A stretch of 64,000 bases of DNA from positions 2,418,001 to 2,482,000 of the forward strand of contig MU054212.1 in the NCBI GenBank assembly GCA_013239625.1, read 5' to 3'. The notes under the pieces are model-generated. The model worked only from the letters and a program-made list of their open reading frames with translations, did no database searches and was not told where the DNA came from. Below are positions 49,573 through 62,134 of the stretch, piece by piece. Both the position numbers and the translations under genes were made by a program. This DNA is from Lama guanicoe (taxonomy: Eukaryota). Position 1 is the first letter of the stretch. Each line of letters starts with the position of its first letter.

Positions 49573-50829
49573 ATGGTAATAGGTGATATGGGGAAACCCA
49601 AAAAGGTGATGTACAAAAGATGGCATGGAGAAAGGGGTGCAGGTCGGGGGCTAATTTAGATAGAGTCATTAGAGAAGGCCTCCCTGGGGAAATGGCATCT
49701 GTACTGGAAAAAACAGCTGTGTGACCACTTGGGGGCAGAGCACTGGAGTATATATTTAAATACACAGAAAAACACATACAAAACTGCATCATACTGTGCA
49801 TGGCTATCTCTTGAGAAGAATGGAATTCAAGGGTAGGAGAAGATAACAGATTTCACTGATTACTCTGCATCTTTCTGTTTACTTGAATGTTTTGCTTGTG
49901 TAATTTTTTAAATTATTTATGTTTGTAAAAGACTTAGAAACAAAAAAGGAAAATATCTTTTCCTTGGGCCCCAAGGAAGCGAAGAGAGTTTAAGATTTAG
50001 GCACTGGTGAGAGTTAGACATACCCTGAATTTTGACACACACACTACAGAAAATAAAAATAAAAGCTGGGCTTGGATTCTGTGAAAGAATCCGTTCTAGA
50101 AATGAGTAATAAATCCATCTCCTTCCACTTCTGAGTCTTTAAGAAGGATGCATTTGCCAATCAGGCATTTTTACACATCAGCAACCTTGGAAACTTCTCC
50201 TGGCTGTAACCTCTTTACTTTGTTCTAAGTCCTAGCTTGGTGCTCATTTGCTAAGTTCCCACCCAACCTACCACACACTGTTTCACGTGGTTTTCCATGG
50301 AGAACACTAAAAACTGCTGAGATGAAGATAAACAGAAGAAAAGTTACTTGAATGGGCTCTGTAATGTATCAGTCTGCCACAGCAAAAGGGAGACACTGCA
50401 GGAAACGCATTCCTAATACTCCAGAAATGAGGGAGAGATCCCAACAGGACACACAGAGGTTCTGATCAGTGAACTGAAGTAGGGGGACCACACAGAGTAG
50501 ACATAAGAAGGACTCTCCCAAGGATACAGGAAAGCAGCCCTTCCAGCAATTTTGTTTCAAGATCCTGGGATGCAACTGCAGAAAACAGACTTCTTGGTGT
50601 CTGTGTGGGGATGGGTGGGTTTACACGCACATGCACACACGTGATAATCATAGTTACAACTCATTGGAAGCAAAGATATTACACTGAGAAGCAGTTAAAA
50701 AGTAACAGTGGCTACAGCTAGCAACCATGGAGTTCATATTTGTGTACTCATCACATGGCTTTTTTTCAGGCACCCTGCCTATCAAAGACAGGAATTCTTT
50801 GAGTCATTTGTTTGTAATAGTCTGGTAGA

Positions 50830-51030
50830 CTCTTCTATTTGAACATCCCTTCGTCACCTCAAGAGTGACAAATCCAGAACTGAACACATTCTTGTCTGCT
50901 CACAAGTATTTTCTCCTCCCAGCCCTTCCTTCCTCAGATAGGAACACCCTCTTTTCCTCATCACTCAGGCTTGAGAAGTTAGGGTCATTCTTAACTCATT
51001 CGTCACCTTCAACTAGTCATCCCCCTCAGA
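50830..51030 (+). mobile_element. L2 fragment
   Basis: 'gtcacctcaagagtgacaaatccagaactgaac...cactcaggcttgagaagttagggtcattctt'. Confidence 0.6.
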
Positions 51031-51763
51031 TCCTTTTCGGCAGCAGGTGAAGTATAAATCGTACACATATACAGACAATATTTAATCAGCCACCAAATAT
51101 ATCATCAATGGTTATGTCAATCTTTTCCTCTCCGTTCGCGCTGTCATTCCCCGGGTTGAGGATTTTATCCCAGAAACATTTATCTGAAACATTTTCTCAG
51201 GAGCTTCTCCACCCACTGCCTATCACCCCAATCCAACCTTCCTGTATTTCTCTAGCTGGTGGGCACAGACGCAGCCATCACCATCCTGCAGCCAAATTAT
51301 GCTTCTGAGCCCCTTGCACGTGTGGCGAGGGGTTCAAAGGCAGGGAGCAGGGCTTTCACAAGGCATCACTTCCCGATTCCTTCTGATGTCTCAGGACTGT
51401 GTAGACACATCCCACATACATTGGTCCTCCGCTCCTGGGTCTGCATGGCCGCCTCCTCTCAAACGCAGAGGTGAAGGGAACACCTTCCTCCGCAGACTCT
51501 GGTGTTGGGCCCCGAGATCTCCAGCACCTGAGGCTTCTGAGCACTACAGCTGCAGGGCTAGTTCCCTCCTACTGCCCTTCCTCCCAGGAGAGGTGGCCGA
51601 GCAGGACTGAGAGCTGACCGTCTGTCCCCTGCAGCTCGGAGACAAAGGGAAGTGCCAAACCAGACAAAACCACACTCACCACAGCAGGGCGAGAACAACG
51701 CAGACCTATGCTGTCTGTGCTCCTGCAGTGAGTCCAAATACTTTCTCCCAGCTCTAAAGGGAC

Positions 51764-51856
51764 AAAGAAAGAAAAAGAGGGAGGGAGGGGGTGGGGGGAG
51801 GAAGGTATGAAGGAAGGAAGAAAAGCAGAGAGGGAGGGAGGGAAAAAGAAAGAAAA
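51764..51856 (+). repeat. Purine-rich low-complexity tract containing a G-quadruplex motif
   Basis: GGG-A-GGG-A-GGGGG-T-GGGGGG at 51779-51798. Confidence 0.85.
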
Positions 51857-51924
51857 TCAGCAGTGCCCAGCAGCACAGCTCTGACCACATACAAGAGCCT
51901 ACATTCCCAAATTAACCTTTACTT

Positions 51925-52110
51925 TCTAATTTATTTCTTTTTGCAACAAATATTTTTCAAGCATCTACTTTGCACCAAGCACTAAACAGAACAGACAGGA
52001 GCACTGGCCTCCAGGAGTTTAAGTTCTGGTGTGGGAAAGAAATGATTAAAAACAAAAAATCAACAAAAGTAAGCAAAGTCATGTCAGGCAGTGGTAAGTC
52101 TATGAAGAAA
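51925..52110 (-). mobile_element. L2 fragment
   Basis: 'caacaaatatttttcaagcatctactttgcaccaagcact...gtggtaagtctatgaagaaa'. Confidence 0.7.
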
Positions 52111-52114
52111 TGAA

Positions 52115-52322
52115 ATGACACTCTCCTTATGTGTGTGTCTGTGTTTAAATTTCCTCTTTTTATAAGGACACCAGTGATACAAGATTAGGCTTCCCCCTTG
52201 CTCCAGCTCAATCTCATCTTAACTAATCATATCTGCAATGACTCTATTTCCAAATACGTCACATTCTGAGATGCTGGGGGTTAGAGCTTTAATTTGGGGT
52301 GACAGAATTCAACCCACAGCAA
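52115..52322 (-). mobile_element. MaLR LTR fragment (MLT1C-like)
   Basis: 'aaatttcctctttttataaggacaccagt...catcttaactaatcatatctgcaatgac...cacattctgagatgctgggggttag'. Confidence 0.85.
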
Positions 52323-53609
52323 TGTTTCTAAAAGGGGGGGTCCATTCAGGTTGGGTGGGGGACAAGATTTACCCATGACAATCTGACCAACTCCTATAGA
52401 GCAGGGCTGAGTCTTCTCTGTCTCCCCACATCACGTAACCAATGGATGAAAACTTGTTGATGGTTGATTAATGGTACATTTTAAACTAAAGTTAAAAAAT
52501 ATGCGTGTTATTGTGTTGAGGTAGTTTGGGATTTGTTTGTGTGCCAGCAACAGATCTCATGCTTAGCAGATAGGAAGGTCTTAAATCGTTTTGGGGTCTG
52601 ATATGATTAGTAACTGTTCCCGGAGACCATGTGGAAAGAAAAAAAAAAAAAATAGCTGGCATCTAACAAGGAGCCAGCCCCCTTTGTCTGGCCGCCTGCA
52701 TCCCAGAGGCTCAGACGCGGCTGGCAGAGGTCACATTTGTTGAAGATCAGGGAAGAGATCACGGTGAAAGTACAGTGGCAAGAATGCATCCAGCCAGGCC
52801 TCAAGGCAGCTCAATCTCCTTGCCCAGCCTGGGGACACAGCTGCCCTGTGCAACCTCAGAGGGGCAAATTCCCCCACATCAGAGAAGCAGCCCTGGGCCG
52901 ATAAACGGAAACCTGGCCAGCAAGGAAGCAGCTGGTCTTGGCAAACAAAAAACAATGCCCCAGGCAAAAACAAAGCAAGAGGGAGCCTGAAAAGAGCTTC
53001 ATTCTGAGGAACCACTCCTTCCCTAAACTAATTTTTTAATCCAATATAAAATTCAATGCCTATTCAGAAAATATGAGACGGCAAATTCCTTCAATCTAAA
53101 TTCTTTGTGATCAGAAATTCCTAGAAAGTTTTTCCTTTCCCTTCCAACAGTTTGCTCCAGTAGGATAATCCATGCCGTGGCTGGCTATTTTGCTACCCAA
53201 TGTTCTTTTTTAGTGTAACACAGACAATCACCAGCTCTTGTGTAATTTCATGAGGATTTGTGTTACACAGAATTGTTTTTAAGTGTCATTTATTGTCTCC
53301 TTATCTTTTCATCTCATGAAATGAAGTATTCATGACAAGCTACTTTTCATTGTTGAAAATTATATTTATGTACACATGTAAATATAGCAATCTCTTATGA
53401 AATATATGCTTAATTCATTTATTAGTTTCCCACTGTGTAAGAACTCATGAGCCTGAAATTAGCTGTGAATAATGGGGCTTCTACTAAGAATAGTAATTCT
53501 ACAGATACAGACAAAACAAGGTCAGGTGAAATTTTCAGAGAAAAAAATAGTTATAGTTAGGTCAGAGCGTCTAAAACAGAAAATGTATCATTCTTACCAT
53601 GACAAAAAT

Positions 53610-53820
53610 AGCTAGGACTGATTATGGACTTTCTACTATGTGATAGGCCATGTTAAGTGTTTTGTACCTACCTTATCTCAAATCATTTCGACTCCATAAA
53701 AAAATTATTGCTTAGGATCACTGTGTGACTTGCCCATGATCACAACTGTTACTAGTGAGAACTGGGACTCAGACTCTAGTTTGTCTAACCCCAAACCCTA
53801 TGCTTGGTTGAATATACTAC
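53610..53820 (-). mobile_element. MIR fragment
   Basis: 'tactatgtgataggcc...gtgacttgcccatgatcacaac...ctgggactcagactctagtttgtctaacccc'. Confidence 0.7.
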
Positions 53821-54567
53821 ATAGATAAAAATAGAGGAAAAAAATTAACCATTAAAACATTAGTCAAAGATTAAACACTATAGGAAAAATACCACTAGTA
53901 CACTCTTTTAGAGAGTTGTTTAGAAAAAGAACTTCTTGTTGTAAAAAACAGGAAGCAATGTTCCAGAGGGTAAATTGAGGCATAGAATTTGTAGCTACAG
54001 CTTTTCCAAACTTACTTCAAAACACAGTTGCATCAAAAATATCATTTTGCACTATTTCTGAACACAAGTTCTAGAAGCACTGGAGACTTATAATGATAAA
54101 AATTACATGATAACATTTTATGCATCATTATTGAATACAACATTAGGTTAGTGATGCTATTCTAAGAAGAACTAGTCATGCTGGGCTAAATTTTCTAAGA
54201 ATGCAATTTAAGCCCACAGTAAGGTATGTTATAAAATGAATGGAATACTGTGGTTCAAATACAGCCCTCCGAATGGTCCATCTGTGGACCTTATCTCACC
54301 GTTTCTCATTAAACAGTGATTTCATTTCTCTACATCATCACAAGCTCTGCTCCTGGGCCGTCGTTCAGCTGCCTGGTTAGTCTCACAACACATGCAAATA
54401 TGAATTAAAGGTGGCCGGCCACACTGCAAGACAGAGGAGAGTTTACTGATACCCTTCCCAGTGTGAAGCACGGGGCCCCAGCTATCACAGACGGGAAAAA
54501 GAAATTGGTGGTCCCAGCAGGCCTCCTGTTTATTACCCCCTGAGGCCTCCTTTGGAGCATGGCAGTC

Positions 54568-54626
54568 ACACACATGCATACGCACACACGTACACACAGA
54601 CACATCCACACACGCTCACACACGTG
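54568..54626. repeat. Imperfect (CA)n microsatellite
   Basis: Direct reading. Confidence 0.85.
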
Positions 54627-55559
54627 GATCTAAACCAATTCACCTGCCCTCTTCATTCCACAGGCTGTAAGGTTAAAGATGTGTTTGGATGCTATGAAAA
54701 TAAAATCCCAGAGCCTTTACAGATACCTTGTCCCTGACTCTCACTGCTCCCCAGTAAGACACGTAAAAGACGGTATGTTTTCCTCATTAGACGTGTAGGG
54801 AAATTGAAGTGTGAAATGTAATAATTTGTCCAGAGCTGGGAGGAGAATCAAAGACAGAAAACAGAAGTGGAATTTTTCTGCCTTCTGACCTCCTATAATA
54901 CGCAGTTTGCCCCTTCGTACAGCCTGCCTTAGTTTTTACAATATGGTCTGGTTATTTGTTAACTCATCTTTCCTCCCTTACATAACAATTAGCTCCTCAG
55001 GGTGAGGGAGGATTTCTGGTTTGTTTTTGTGTTCTCACCACAACGTAGTACTCTCCAGGGAAAGTGTGGGAACTCCATCTGTGGCTATGGACTGGAATAA
55101 GAGAAGAAACAAATAGAGAAGTTGAGTGGATCTGGGCAGCTCTGGCAACAGTGGCTGTCAGCCGGGGCAATGGCTGGTCACTAATGACTTTTCTTTATGG
55201 TGCACATGTCTTCCACCAGATCTGTTTACTGCTAGTCATCGTGAATGGAAGCCAGAGAGCACAGAAAGAGAGAAAATACACTCCATGGTGGTTATAAAGG
55301 AGTAGTGAGAGTTGAGGATGAGGGGCCTGAGATGAGAAGCATTAGACTCTGTCTACCTCATGTGAGGTGTCAGGTGGCTCCTGGAAGCACTCATCCTTTC
55401 AGTTCCTGGGTGTCCTGCAGCCCTAAATACTCATTACAAAAATGACGTCAGTCTAAAGGAAACCTCATGAGAGTCACACATCCACTGGCTGAGATCAGCC
55501 CCACCTTGGCCCAGGGAGCCATCTGAACCAGTCTTGAATTATCCCAAAAGTAGTCAAAG

Positions 55560-55790
55560 TCTACAGGTGTTTATCATTCTATGCTGAAGACAAAGACTGC
55601 AAATATCAGCTGCCAGCCATCTCAGACCTTTCAGCCCAGTAAAGCCATGACTACAACCTGAGTCAACACCACCAGGAGCAGAAGAATATCCCAGAGGAGC
55701 CCAATAACCCACAGAATCATAATAATAAAATGGCAGCTGGTTCAAGCCACTAAGTTTTGGAGTGCTTTGTTTCATAGCAAAGATAACCAG
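55560..55790 (+). mobile_element. MaLR LTR 3' fragment (MLT1G/H-like)
   Basis: 'cccacagaatcataataataaaatggcagctggttcaagccactaagttttggagtgctttgtttcatagcaaagataacc'. Confidence 0.75.
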
Positions 55791-55906
55791 AACACTGAAC
55801 CTAATGCCAAAACTGAGACAAGAGTTTTCAAAGGAAGGGGGCAGTGTCTTGTCGGGACGGGTGAGTACATGTGCACACAGAATTACTTGGATTATTAGAG
55901 GTAGCA

Positions 55907-56440
55907 TGTAGGCTAAGGTAACTACTCTTAGATGGCCCCCCAGTGAATCACACCTCCAGTATTCATGACCTTATACAGTCCCTTCCACAGTGAATGTGTG
56001 ACCAATGCGTGAAGACAGAGTGTGGGAAAATCATTTGGTGTGTCTTCCAAAGTTATTATGTCATAAGAAACCTTGCAGTTTCCTCTGCAAGGAGCCATCC
56101 ACTGTGCAATAAGCCTAACCACTCTGAGAGTGCCACACGAAGGAGAGGTCCCATGGAAAGAGAGAAAGATGCCACGTCAGCCCTCCACTCTGTCAGACCT
56201 CCCGGCTGGGGTAGCCAGCATGGGAGTGAAGAAGCCACTGGGGTCCTCCAGCCCAGGAGAACCTTCAGATGACTCCAACTTCAACTGATCAACTGATCTA
56301 TCACATGAGACACCCCAAGACACTGCAAGAACCCTTCCGCTGAGCCCAGCCAACCTGCAGAAGTTGGAGAGATAATGCAAAATTGTTCTCAGGCCAGTAA
56401 GTTCTGGGTTGGTTTCTTGTGCAGCAATAGGTAACTGAAA
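55907..56440 (+). mobile_element. MaLR solo LTR (MLT1F-like)
   Basis: 'agatggcccccagtgaatcacacctccagtattcatg', 'gagtgaagaagcc', 'ccttcagatgactcca', 'aggccagtaagttctggg...gcagcaataggtaactg'. Confidence 0.85.
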
Positions 56441-57214
56441 AATTAGGTTTGTACAATGTAAATACCTCAGACCTTCTGGTTCTTTCATGCACAAACAACT
56501 TTTTCTACTGGTGACAAATAAAATATCTGATATAGAGTCTCCCTATGACCAAAATATCAAAGCAGATTGTTCCTTTACAGGGTCATAGGAAGAAAAAAGG
56601 TGGTTGCAATGACATTCTATCATGTATCAAAAGAACTTCTGACATCTGTAAGCTATTTCTAGCATAGCAATGAAAATGGGGCAACTAGATATTTAGGTTA
56701 AAGAACCAAGTGGTCCAATATGACTTGGAGCTACATGGACATGGCAGAGCTGGCACTAGGTGAGGATGCAATCATTAGGCCTTAGACTCCAAGTGCTCAC
56801 TATGGCCCACTTATAAGAAATTTCCCCCAGATGCCCCTCAGGTTACAGACCTAGCAATTCGTGCACATCAAAGAAGTTCTTAAATTATGTAGAAGACTAG
56901 ATTATACTGAAAGTTGAACTAAAGGAGCAGCTATGGAAAAACAGCTTCTAGGTGGTATAAGGAAAGGAAGTAAGCTTAGGAGCCATGGCCAACAGTGCAG
57001 GAAATGGGGTCATTGGCCTCCATGGGACTCTCCAGCCCAGAAGAGCTCCCCCTCCAGCCAAGCCTTGGTTGTCACATACCGTTACTCAGGTGCATGAGTC
57101 TTCCCTCACCGACATCCATGCATCCTCAATTTTCTCATACATTTCTGACATCAGGGGTACATATCCACCCTAGCTAAGTGCACTACTATACATGGTTCAA
57201 TTCTGTAGCTTTGC

Positions 57215-57450
57215 ATAGTATTACAGTTTGAAGGTGGGCTCTGGGGTCACACTGACCTGAGACTGAAACTCTGCTCTGTGACTTGTAAGCTTTGAGAATG
57301 TGGATAAGTTATCTCAATTCCCTGAGCCTCAGTTTACCCACTGGTCACACTGGGACAATAATAATGGTGCCTACATAATGGGATGACTGAGACTATTTAA
57401 CGCATGAAAAGTGATTAAACACTGAACATGCTCAAATATCAGGGACTATA
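57215..57450 (+). mobile_element. MIR
   Basis: 'gggctctggggtcacactgacctg...gataagttatctcaattccctgagcctcagtttaccc...gggacaataataatggtgcctac'. Confidence 0.85.
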
Positions 57451-58488
57451 TTATTCCTGAGAAATGGTGTATGGTTTCCTTTTCTCCTTTTTCTTCCTAG
57501 GATTTGCACATACAGAACTAAAACTGAAGGAGACAGAGACCCTCTTCAGGCTAATTCCCTACAGGATTGTTAGCCACGGTCTGGAAAAGATTTATTTATC
57601 TTGCAAGTACTTCATCCCAACTCTGTGAAGGCAACTTTCCCTTCCTCCCTCTTCCCATCCACCCTCGGCCTCCTGAGGGGTAACAAGAGGCAAAGAGAGT
57701 GGGAGGACTGGCCACCAGCATAAGTGAGATCCTGGGGTAGAGAACCAAGGAGGAGATGAGGGGCACAGGAGAGGATCCCAGGAAAGATGGGGGAGTGGGG
57801 AGAGAGGGGCAAATGAGAAAAAAGTTCCTCTGCCCTATAGTTAGAGAGCTAGACTGGAGACTACTTCCACAATGCAAATGCTTGGAGGCAAAAGTGGTGG
57901 AACAGAATATACAAGCCACCCAAATCTCTAGCTCCCTTTAAAGACTCCAAAATAGTCTGGAATATATTATTTAAATCCCAAATACAAGACATCTTGGTCT
58001 TAGAGTGGGTGCTTGGCTGGCTAACAGCAAAACCACGGCCATATTGTCCATGCCTAACACATGGGGACAGCACACTGCTATGTTTTCTACATAGCGTAAA
58101 ACACAAAACAGAAAAAATCATTTTCAGACCACAGATCCTAAGTTGGAGGAGGGAAGGGAAATACACTCATTGACCTTACTTGCCCCAGAAAAGCCACACA
58201 TTCCTGACACACTTTCTTTTCTAAGCTTCTGGGGCCTAGTTAAAGCCAGCAGCACTATCAGAAGCCAACTTCTCATTCCCACTCCAGCCGGTTGTTCTCA
58301 GTCATTCCTACCTCCCAACCTCAGGCCACTCATGCCCGGGGACACCCTGCACCGCCAGGAACTGTACAGAAGTTGCGGGCACAGGCTCCTCCTCAGCTGT
58401 TAGCCTTTGCAGGTCATGGTTGTCTTGAACATGTTCCATGGCTTCTCTCTGCTAACTCAGGGCCTCCAGAGTTGTGGGTTTTAACCAG

Positions 58489-58842
58489 TGTATTAGTCAG
58501 CTCAGCTGCCATAACAAAATGCCACAGGCTGGGTGGCTTAGACTATAGAAGTTTATTTTCTTACAGTTGCCGAGGCTGGAAGTCCCAGATCAAGGTGCCA
58601 GCTGCTTCAGTTCCTACTGAAAACTCTCTTTCTGGCTCGTAGAAGGCTCCTTCTCACTGTGTCCTCATATGTCAGAGAGAAATCTCTCTCTCTTCCTCTT
58701 CTTATAAAATCACAATCGTATCAGATTAGGGCCCCACCATTACAACCTAATTTAACCTTAATTACCTCTTACAGACCGTATCTCCAGATCCAGTGACCCA
58801 ACATATCAATTTCGGGGGCACACAAACAGTCAGTTCATGACA
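58489..58842 (-). mobile_element. MaLR solo LTR (MLT1A/MST-like)
   Basis: 'tgtattagtcagctcagctgccataacaaaatgccacaggctgggtggctta...cagttcatgaca'. Near-TSD ACCAG/CCCAG. Confidence 0.88.
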
Positions 58843-59039
58843 CCCAGGTTGGTTGAATGTTTGTCAGTCTTTCTCTAGGCCTTTTTTCCTGCCTTTCCCA
58901 CAATATTTCCATGCTTCCTTGCCCCTCCAAGGTGCTAGGTCCTTCACCACCAAAAAAGCAAAGGGAAGAGTTGAAGAGTGTTTATCAATAAACTTAAACT
59001 CCTCACACTGGGACAATGGTTTGACATCACCAAGCACTT

Positions 59040-59220
59040 CCACATTTTGTTTCAGTTGACTTCCTCAACAGGTGCTGTTAGTCGCTTTTTCTGGATGAAG
59101 AAACTAAAAACAAGAGAGGTTGAATGCCTTGTCCAAGTTTACACAGTCAGCAAGTAGAACAGAACTCAGGCTACATCTGGTGGAGACCAACATCCAGATA
59201 ATCCACAAAATTCTCTACCT
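59040..59220 (-). mobile_element. MIR fragment
   Basis: 'ggatgaagaaactaaaaacaagagaggttgaatgccttgtccaagtttacacag'. Confidence 0.75.
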
Positions 59221-59582
59221 CCCTTTCCATCAAGGCCTCCACTGCCAAGGTTCAATGCCTCCTCATTTCTTGCCAGGGCAATTGGCATGGCATCCTCACT
59301 CATCTTCCTGGCTCCTGTGCCCGTTCCCCGGCAACTGCCTGCCTGAACACATTCTAATTATAGTTGTGGCATTTGTCTACTTAAAAACTGAGAAGCAGTG
59401 GCATGACAGCAACAAGTACATATGATGCCCAGATATAAGTTCCTAAATACCATTCACCAATAAAAGGAACCAGGGTCCTTCAGAGAAATGGCTGATTCTA
59501 GGGCTGAGACAGGGAAGATACAGTATGAGCCTGGTGTACCTTGTAATGCTAGAAACAAGGAAGTGCTCAAAACATATACACA

Positions 59583-61226
59583 AATTTCACAGAACTGGAA
59601 CAAAATATTTTTAAATTTGTATGAAAACACAAAAGACCCCAAACAGCCAAAATAATCTTGAGAAAGAAGAATGTAGTTGAAAGAATCACGCTCCCTGACT
59701 TCAGACTATACTATAAAGCCACAGTAATCAAAACAACATGGTACTTGCACAAATAAATAGACACATAGATCAATGGAAAGGGATAGAAAGCCCAGAAATA
59801 AGCCCACATACTTAGGTCAATTAATCTATGACAAAAGAGGCAAGAATATATAATGGAGAAAAGACAGTTCCTTCAATAAGTGATACTGGGAAAACTGGAC
59901 AGCCACATGTAAAAGAATGAAATTTGAACATTCTCTAACACCATATACAAAAATAAACTCAAAGTGGATTAAAGACCTACATGTAAGATTGGATACTATA
60001 AAATACCTAATGGAAAACAGGCAGGCCACTCTTTGACATAAATTGTAGCAATATTTTTTGGATCTGTCTCCTAGAGTAATGCAAATGAAAGCAAAAATAA
60101 ATAAATGAGATCTAATTAAACTTAAAAGCTTTTGTACAGCAAAGGAAACCATAAACAAAATTAAAAGACAACCTATGGAATGGGAGAAAATATCTGCAAA
60201 TGATGCAATTGACAAGGGATTAATTTCCAAAATATACAAACAGCTCATACAGCTCAATATATTAAAAAAAAAAGTAACCCAATCAAAAAGGAGCAGAAGA
60301 CTTAAAGAGACATTTCTCCAAAGAAGACATCCAGCCAAAGAAGACATCCAGATGGCCAACAAGCACATGAAAAGATGCTCAACATCACTAATTATTAGAG
60401 AAATGCAAATCAAAACCACAATGAGGTGTCACCTCATAAGAATCAGAATGGCCATTATTGAAAAGTCTATGAATAATAAATGTTGTAGAAAGTCTGGAGG
60501 AAAGGGAACCCTCCTATACTATTGGTGGGAATGTAAATTGGTGCAACCACTATGGAGAACAGTGTGGAGATTCCTTAAATAACTAAAAATAGACTTACCA
60601 TATGATCCAACAATCCCAGTCCTGGGCATATATCCAGAAAAAAACTCTTAACTTGAAAAGACATGCACTCCAATGTTCATAGTAGCTTTACTCACAATAG
60701 CAAGATGTGGAAACAACCTAAATGTCCATCAATAGATGAATGGATAAAGAAGATGTGGTGTATATATACAATGGAATGCTACTCAGCCATAAAAAGAATG
60801 AAATAATGCTATTTAAAGCAACATGAATGGACCTAGAGATTATCATATTAAGTTAAGTAAGTCAGACAGAGAAAAAGAAATATCATAGGATATCACTTAT
60901 ATGTGGAATCTAAAAAATAATACAAGTGAACTTATTTACAAAACAGAAATACACTCACAGACACAGAAAACAAACTTATGGTAACCAAAAGGGAAACGGG
61001 GGGAAGGAATTTGGGATTAACAGATATACACTACTATATATAAAATAGATAAACAGTAAGGACCTCCTGTATAGCACAGGTAACTATATGTATCTTGTAT
61101 TAATCTACAATGGAAAAGAATCTGAATACATATATATGTATATATGTATATATGTATGTATAACTGAATCACTTTCCTGTATACCTGAAACACTGTACGT
61201 CAACTAAACTTCAAAAAAAAAAAATT
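59583..61226 (+). mobile_element. 5'-truncated cetartiodactyl L1 (ORF2 C-terminus, 3' UTR, poly-A), inactive
   Basis: ORF 60175-60582 'EWEKISAN...[30 protein letters not shown]...[11 protein letters not shown]' is the L1 ORF2p C-terminus, with stops and frameshifts elsewhere. A-tail ~61213-61224. Degenerate TSD AAAACAYATRCACA at 59569-59582 and 61227-61240. Confidence 0.95.
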
Positions 61227-61773
61227 AAAACACATGCACAGAGGCACACACCCACAATGATGGAGACATATCAAAACAACACAGAAATATCCTGAAAGAA
61301 TTTCCAATGGAAAAAGCTAGAATAACTCAGGAAACAAAATAAATAACAATAGTACCAAATAGTACCAAAAACTACCCAAAGAATTAATAAATATCCATGA
61401 GTCCATAGTGATATAAATAAATAACTGAACAAATAAATGGCGGAGAAGGGACCAATCTTCTTTACAGAGGAATTCCAAATAATAAATGTAAAAGTAATGA
61501 GAGAAATAGAAAGTTACCATTAGAACACGGCAGTAATCCACTGCTGCAGGCAAGATCCACTGATAAATACTAAAATTAGAAAGTGAAATATTAAGAAGAA
61601 ACAAGATATTTGTATAGCCTCAAATATCTTTTTATATTAATTATTTAGTACTTCCTGTGGTGGTTTTACAATATATCTACAAATTATTTAGTATGACTTT
61701 CTCCAGGAAGTGAAGCTTATATCCCTTCCTTCCGAATGTGGACTAGATTTAGTAGCTTAAGTATAAAGAATGG

Positions 61774-62134
61774 TGTCTTAGTCAGCCTGGTTTGCTAAAA
61801 CAGAGTATCACAGAGTAGATGGCATATAAACAACAGAAATTTATTTCTCACAGTTCTAGAGGCTGAGAAGTCCAAGTAGCTGGCAGATTTGGTGTCTGAA
61901 GAGACCCTGTTCCCTGGTTCATAAATGTCATGTTTTTTCTGTGTCCTCACACAGCAGAATGGGCTAGAGAGCTCTCTGAAATCTCTTTTTATAAGGGCAC
62001 TAATTTCACTCATGTGGGCTCTATCCTCAAGACCTAATCACAGCTCAAAGGCCCCACCTCTTCATACCATCACCTTGTGGGTTAGAAGTTCAATGTATGA
62101 ATTTGGGGGAAACACAAACATCCAGTCCATAAAA
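61774..62134 (-). mobile_element. MaLR solo LTR (MLT1A0-like) nested in L1MC
   Basis: 'tgtcttagtc...ataaacaacagaaatttatttctcacagttctagaggctgagaagtccaag...tgaatttgggggaaacacaaacatccagtccata'. TSD AATGG at 61769-61773 and 62139-62143. Confidence 0.9.

Noticed and set aside
57500..57630. Plus-strand acceptor 'tttttcttcctag' followed by a short open frame
   Set aside because: No good donor and no recognisable protein; pyrimidine tracts like this are common by chance.
59826..60419. 197-aa hydrophobic minus-strand ORF, the longest in the window
   Set aside because: It is the antisense reading of L1 ORF2, a well-known spurious membrane-protein-like ORF.
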